Origin: Octopus bimaculoides
Lineage: Eukaryota
Reading direction: 5' to 3'
DNA length: 64,000 nt
Assembly: GCF_001194135.2 (NCBI RefSeq)
Contig: NC_068995.1
Coordinates: 35,847,222-35,911,221 of the forward strand
This document shows positions 13,473-64,000 of this stretch, piece by piece; position 1 is the first letter of the stretch, and every line of letters starts with the position of its first letter. A program made the position numbers and the translations under genes. A model generated the notes under the pieces. It ran no database searches. It was not told where the DNA came from and worked only from the letters and a program-made list of their open reading frames with translations.

Positions 13473-13666
13473 CACCATCATCATTCATATACACAAACAG
13501 CCAAGATACACACATATATGTATACACACATATATGTATACATACATACATACATACATACATNNNNNNNNNNNNNNNNNNNNNNNNNNNNNNNNNNNNN
13601 NNNNNNNNNNNNNNNNNNNNNNNNNNNNNNNNNNNNNNNNNNNNNNNNNNNNNNNNNNNNNNNNNN

Positions 13667-13707
<41 letters not shown>

Positions 13708-13915
13708 ACCGTGTAACCTAATATGTGCTTTTCTTCTTCTCTCCGGTCTTTTCCTCACTCCTCATTCTGACAAAGAGCCATACTCAAAACATTATACACC
13801 CATTCTTTCACTCTTTTTTGCCATCTTATACTGAACATCAACCTAATACATTCCATATGTACCTCCTGTTGCCTTCTGTTGTTTTGTTATTTTTAATTTT
13901 CGTTTTGTCTATATA

Positions 13916-14350
13916 TCAGGTTGAGTAAAAAGCAATGTTTTGAACCATGAAGAAGCTGTACTGGATTTTTTGTGGTGTTTTGAATTCTTTTTTAAACATC
14001 TTTTTTTAAACATCAATAAATTAACATTGATATTTTTTTCACCATTGTTACAATCATCTGAAATGGAACTGTCATAGCACAATATTCGAGCAATTTTGCT
14101 ATTCAACTTCAAAAAAGGATGTAAAGCAGCTGAAACTGCTTGAAATATCAACAAAACATCTGGTGAGGAAATGACCACTGAATGGTCAGCTCAAAAATGG
14201 TTTTAAACGATTTTACAGTGGAGACCTGAGCCTTGAAGATCATGAGCATAGTGGATGCCCATCTGTCATCGATAACAGTCAATTAAAGATTGTCGTTTAG
14301 AAAGATCTACATAAAACCACTAGAGAACTGGCAAAAAAATTTCAAGTTAT
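13916..14350 (+). mobile_element. mariner element 5' remnant (TIR plus transposase N-terminus)
   Basis: TA|TCAGGTTGAGTAAAAAG TIR-like start; IRAILLFNFKKGCKAAETA*NINKTSGE...AQKWF/KRFYSGDLSLEDHEHSGCPS with stops. Confidence 0.8.
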
Positions 14351-14363
14351 CTAGATCAAGCTA

Positions 14364-15390
14364 TCCAATCTGATCTGGCAGAGTTTCTACAGCTGGATGC
14401 CCTTCCTAATGCCAACAATTCCAAGAGTGTAGTGGGTGCTTTTATGTGCCACTGGCACAAGGGCCAGTCAGGCGGTTCTGGCAACAACAACGCTCAAAAG
14501 GTGTTTTTTTATGTGCTACCTGCACGGGAGCCAGTCTGGTAGTACTAGCAACGACCACACTCGAATGTTGTTCTTCACATGCCACCGGCATATGTGCCAG
14601 TAACGCGACGCTGGCAACGATCATGATTAAATGGTGTTTTTTACGTACCACCGGCATGGGAGCCAATCAGCGGCCCTGGCAACGATTATGCTCAGATGTG
14701 CTTTTAACGCTCCATTGGCATGAGTGCCAATCAGGCGGTACTGTCATCGGCCACGTCAGCAATTTTGATTTCAATTTTGGTTTCATTTGCCTCAATAGGT
14801 CTTTGCAAGCAAAGTTTATGGTCCAATGAATGAGGGGTACTCATAAGTGGGCTGGTTACACCCACTGGCATAGGCCACAGGTTATGATCTCATTGGCTTG
14901 TCGGGTCTTCTCAAGCATAGCATATCCCCAAAAGTCTCTGTCTAGTCATTGCCTCGGTAAGGCCCAATGTTCGAAGGTCATGCTTCACCACCTCATCCCA
15001 GGTCTTACTGGGTCTACCTCTTCCACAGGTTCCCTCAACTGCTAGGGTGTGACACTTTTTCACAGAGCTGTCCTCATTCATTCGCAACACATGACCTTAC
15101 CAGCGCATTCGTCTCTCTTGCACACCACATCCGATGCTTCTTAAATCCAACTTTTCTTTCAGGGCATTTACACTCTGTCGTGTATGCACACTGACATTAC
15201 ACATCCAGCAGAGCAAACTGGCTTCATTCTTTGCAAACTTACACATGTCCTCAGCAGTCACGGCCCATGTTCCACTGCCATGTAGCATGGCTGTTCATAC
15301 ATATGCGTCATACAGTCTACCTTTTACTCTGAGCGAGAGGCCCTTTGTCACCAGCAGAAGTAGGAGCTCTCTGAACTTGCCCAGGCTATT
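14364..15390 (-). mobile_element. 3' portion of RTE-like LINE
   Basis: LHGSGTWAVTAEDMCKFAKNEASLLCWMCNVSV (ORF 15097..15288) followed by the family 3' UTR. Confidence 0.85.
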
Positions 15391-15570
15391 CTTATTCAAG
15401 CAGCTACAATATAAATATATATTGTTGCTGAAACTGTTACTAGGATTAATGTAGCTTCCAACACAAAATAAATCCTGAAAAAAATCTAATAAAAACAGAG
15501 TTTTGGCTGTAATTATAAATGAAAATGTGAGAGAGAATACAGGAAAGGAACTGATTAACTATAAACTTAC

Positions 15571-60333
<44,763 letters not shown>

Positions 60334-60649
60334 TCTACAAAGACAAAAACACAAGATGGAAATATTACTTTCATTTGAAATACTAAACACTGACATCCTA
60401 AAGAATTCATGCCATCTAAGCACAGACCACTGGCTACTACAGTCAAAAGAGGAAAACAAAACTGATACTTACACAGTCAAAAAACTAAACAGCATAAAGG
60501 CAATATAAAAATATATATATACAGGGTTTTATCCATATTTAACAATCTCAAATTTAGTCACAATATGAAATTAGGCCTCATGGTTAAAGCAACCAAAAGC
60601 CCTGTAATTAAACCCCACTGGCTATTATCACAAGAAAATTAAAGGTGAC

Positions 60650-60860
60650 ACGCAGGTAGAATTGTTAGCACACCAGGCAAAATGCTTGGTGGCATTTTGT
60701 CCATCTTTACATTCTGAGTTCAAATTCCGCCAAGGTCAGATGTACTTTTCATCCTTTCGGAGTCAATAAAACAAATACCATTTGAGTACTGTGGTTGATG
60801 TAACTGACTACCCAGTCCCCTGAACTTGCTGGCCTTGTGCCAAAATTTGAACCCAATATC
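60650..60860 (+). mobile_element. Third SINE family (gcagaattgttagc...ttctgagttcaaattcc...cctttcgg...aataaa)
   Basis: Related copies near 5790-5890, 25300-25480, 28430-28540, 37850-37980 and 57900-58160. Confidence 0.65.
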
Positions 60861-62485
60861 ACAGGAAAACTAAATAAAGACACATCTCAACTTATGTCGG
60901 TAATTGAATCCAAAACATGTGACATAACTCAAAAACGATCTAACACAAAAAAAAAATATTTAAAAAAATGTATTAGCTTATAGCTGCTTAATAAACAGTT
61001 TGTACATATTTTCATGTATTTTATTTTATTTTCAGCTTCAGTATTAGTTTTTAGGTGGGATTTTTTTCATTTTTACGCTTTCAACTCTTTAGAATTCAAA
61101 CCACCATATCCAGCCCAAATATTCTACTTATATTCAAATTGGGAAGGTCCAACTTCTCACACATACCTCACAATATCATTCTAACAATGAATAAACACAC
61201 TGTCAAAATCTCACAGCTATGAAATAATACATGATTAATTGAAAGCAATGTGAAAAAATAGGCATTGCATGTGACAGATTAATCTGAATGCTAAAGAGTT
61301 CAATATGTTTGCTGAGACCAACATAAAGTCAGGTAAATTGATTGAAGTTGAGGTTATCTTTTCCATTGACTTCTAAAAACACACAACATAAAGTTGAGAA
61401 TGGTATAACCCAAAACAATGTAAGTTGAGGTACATCTTTTCTTTTAATCTTTCACTTGTTTCAGTCATTTGACTGCGGCCATGCTGGAGCACCATCTTGG
61501 AGGGTTTTAGTTGAACAAATCGACCCCAGGACTCATTTTTTTTAAGCCTAGTACATATTCTATCAGTCTCTTTTGCCAAAACTGTTAAGTTACAGGGACA
61601 TAAACACAACACCAGCTGTCAAGCGGTGATGGGGGCACAAACATAAACACAAAGACACACACACATACACACACACACACATAGATATATATATATAACC
61701 AAAAAATAGAACAAGAATGCAACAAACAACACTAAAACATCCAGACAGACAGACGATGCAAAGACAAACAGGAAAAACAATATAAAGACAGACAGGAAAA
61801 AATGAAGATGGGTCATTCGCAGCCTCCTCTCATCAGTCATGTTACCAAATTATCCTTACAGCTTCAGGCAGTTACACTTGAGACTGTTCAAATCTGGATG
61901 CTCCCAAAAAATCTAAGCTAAGAGCATTAAATTATTGGGGAGAAAGCAAGCGAATGTGTATGACAAAGAAGACAAAATACAGAAAACATGTTACACAATT
62001 ACAAATACAAACAACAAGAAAATAACAACAGGTGTCTTTTGACTAATTAAAGGTGAATCAAATTGAGCTGATGTGTGTAGAGTGAGAGCCTTGAAGCAAG
62101 AACATGGAAGACGAACATAAGAGATGAAAGTCAAGAGACAGAAATATAAGAGATGCTTCATGGCCAGCAGTTGAGCCAAGAACAAAAGATCATGCCTGGT
62201 CGAACACAGATCATGTGAAAGGAAACGAGAGAGGTAGGGAGCAGAGGGATTGAAGGGTTAGGAGAAGGGCGAGAAAGAGAGGAAATCAAAGGGACATAAA
62301 GAAAGGTAGAAGGGAGATAAACTAGGAATTACAGAAAGAGAAGCCCAAGAAATGTGAGAGAGGGGCAGCAAGAAAAAGAAAAGAGGAAAGAAAGAAGTAT
62401 GAGGGGGACTAAAAGAAAGAGTAAAAGAGTCGTACAAAATTTAGATACATACAAGGTGAGCAAAAGTGTACGTACGCCACTTTAT

Positions 62486-63355
62486 CATCATCATCATCGT
62501 TTAACGTCCGCTTTCCATGCTAGCATGGGTTGGACGATTTGACTGAGGACTGGTGAAACCAGATGGCAACACCAGGCTCCAATCTAATTTGACAGAGTTT
62601 CTACAGCTGGATGCCCTTCCTAACGCCAGCCACTCCAAGAGTGTAGTGGGTGCTTTTACGTGTCACCCGCACGAGGGCCAGTCAGGCGGTACTGGCAACG
62701 GCCACCCTCAAAATGGTGTCTTTTATGTGCCNNNNNNNNNNNNNNNNNNNNNNNNNNNNNNNNNNNNNNNNNNNNNNNNNNNNNNNNNNNNNNNNNNNNN
62801 NNNNNNNNNNNNNNNNNNNNNNNNNNNNNNNNNNNNNNNNNNNNNNNNNNNNNNNNNNNNNNNNNNNNNNNNNNNNNNNNNNNNNNNNNNNNNNNNNNNN
62901 NNNNNNNNNNNNNNNNNNNNNNNNNNNNNNNNNNNNNNNNNNNNNNNNNNNNNNNNNNNNNNNNNNNNNNNNNNNNNNNNNNNNNNNNNNNNNNNNNNNN
63001 NNNNNNNNNNNNNNNNNNNNNNNNNNNNNNNNNNNNNNNNNNNNNNNNNNNNNNNNNNNNNNNNNNNNNNNNNNNNNNNNNNNNNNNNNNNNNNNNNNNN
63101 NNNNNNNNNNNNNNNNNNNNNNNNNNNNNNNNNNNNNNNNNNNNNNNNNNNNNNNNNNNNTGGCACTTTTTCACGCAGCTATCCTCATCCATTCTCACCA
63201 CATGTCCATACCAGCACAATCGTCTCTCTTGCACACCACAACTGATGCTTCTTATGTTCAGCTTTCTCTCAAGATACTTACACTCTGACGGGTATGCACA
63301 CTGACATTACACATTCAACGGAACATACTGGCTTCATTCCTTGCGAGCTTACAAT
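62486..63355 (-). mobile_element. Young 3' portion of RTE-like LINE, interrupted by a gap
   Basis: QERRLCWYGHVVRMDEDSCVKKC, then 3' UTR ending gcatggaaagcggacgttaaacgatgatgatg. Confidence 0.85.
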
Positions 63356-63360
63356 GTAGG

Positions 63361-63610
63361 TGTGAAAACTGTGGACAGTTAGTCAAATTTGTTTCTAATG
63401 TGGGAGAAACTGGAAAAAGTTTTCTTATTGAAACAATATGCTAATTTGAATAACCCTGAATCTCCTGATTTCAATCTTCATAATGGAAATCCTGTTCTGA
63501 TTTGTGGACTTACAGGAATGAGTGCTTTTCAAATTCAACGAAGCACACTACATCGAACATTAGTGTTCAACAAGGAAGATTTCCTACATACAAGGAATTA
63601 GAAAAATATA
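63361..63610 (+). mobile_element. Pif1-like helicase remnant (Helentron/Helitron2-type)
   Basis: FVSNVGETGKSFLIETI (Walker A-like), ICGLTGMSAFQIQRSTLHRTL and SVQQGRFPTYKEL in shifted frames. Confidence 0.6.
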
Positions 63611-64000
63611 TTAGTTTAGGAGGAAATTTATTGTGCCTTTTTGTAATTGAATTGTAACTTATTTCATCCCAACTATCTTCTCCACTTTTGGGCATGGTTG
63701 TGTGGTTAGGAAGCTGGCTTCCCAGCTTGCATGGTTTCGGGTTCAGTCCCACCGCGTGGCACCTTGGGCAAGTGTCTTCTGCTATAGCCCCGGGCTGACC
63801 GAAGCCTTGTGATTGAATTTTGTAGGCGGAAGTTACTGCCGTGTGTGTATATGTCTGTGTATGTGCTTGTGCCTCTCTCCCAGAGAGTGAGAAGGGGAAA
63901 CATATGAATAATGGCAGTGAAAAAGGTGTAAAAATTTTAATATAAGCAATGCATACCAAATTTCATGATTAAAAACTTCATTTAGAAAATTTTTTTAATA

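Noticed and set aside
13909-14178. 89-aa minus-strand ORF as a further Tudor gene exon
   Set aside because: It is the antisense of the mariner transposase remnant.

Overview
AT-rich, repeat-dense animal genomic DNA with 8 assembly gaps. The SINE/LINE families and microsatellite load suggest a coleoid cephalopod such as Octopus (inference). The window lies almost entirely inside one minus-strand gene. I reconstructed 8 phase-consistent GT-AG coding exons (60333 down to 15571, 2497 nt, about 832 codons) encoding a protein with two extended Tudor domains. Its last visible exon resembles the linker preceding the CCCH finger of the piRNA factor Krimper; the 3' end is not in the window. The introns hold tRNA-derived SINEs, RTE-like, R4-like, CR1/Jockey-like and CRE-like LINE remnants, mariner, DD37D and pogo transposase remnants, Helitron/Helentron pieces, and hAT, mariner and piggyBac-type MITEs. 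The most unusual non-coding signals are two hammerhead-ribozyme-like motifs sense to the pre-mRNA, a 1.14-kb intronic palindrome, and a direct-plus-inverted triplication. Nearly all ORFs in the supplied track are microsatellite, gap or repeat artefacts.
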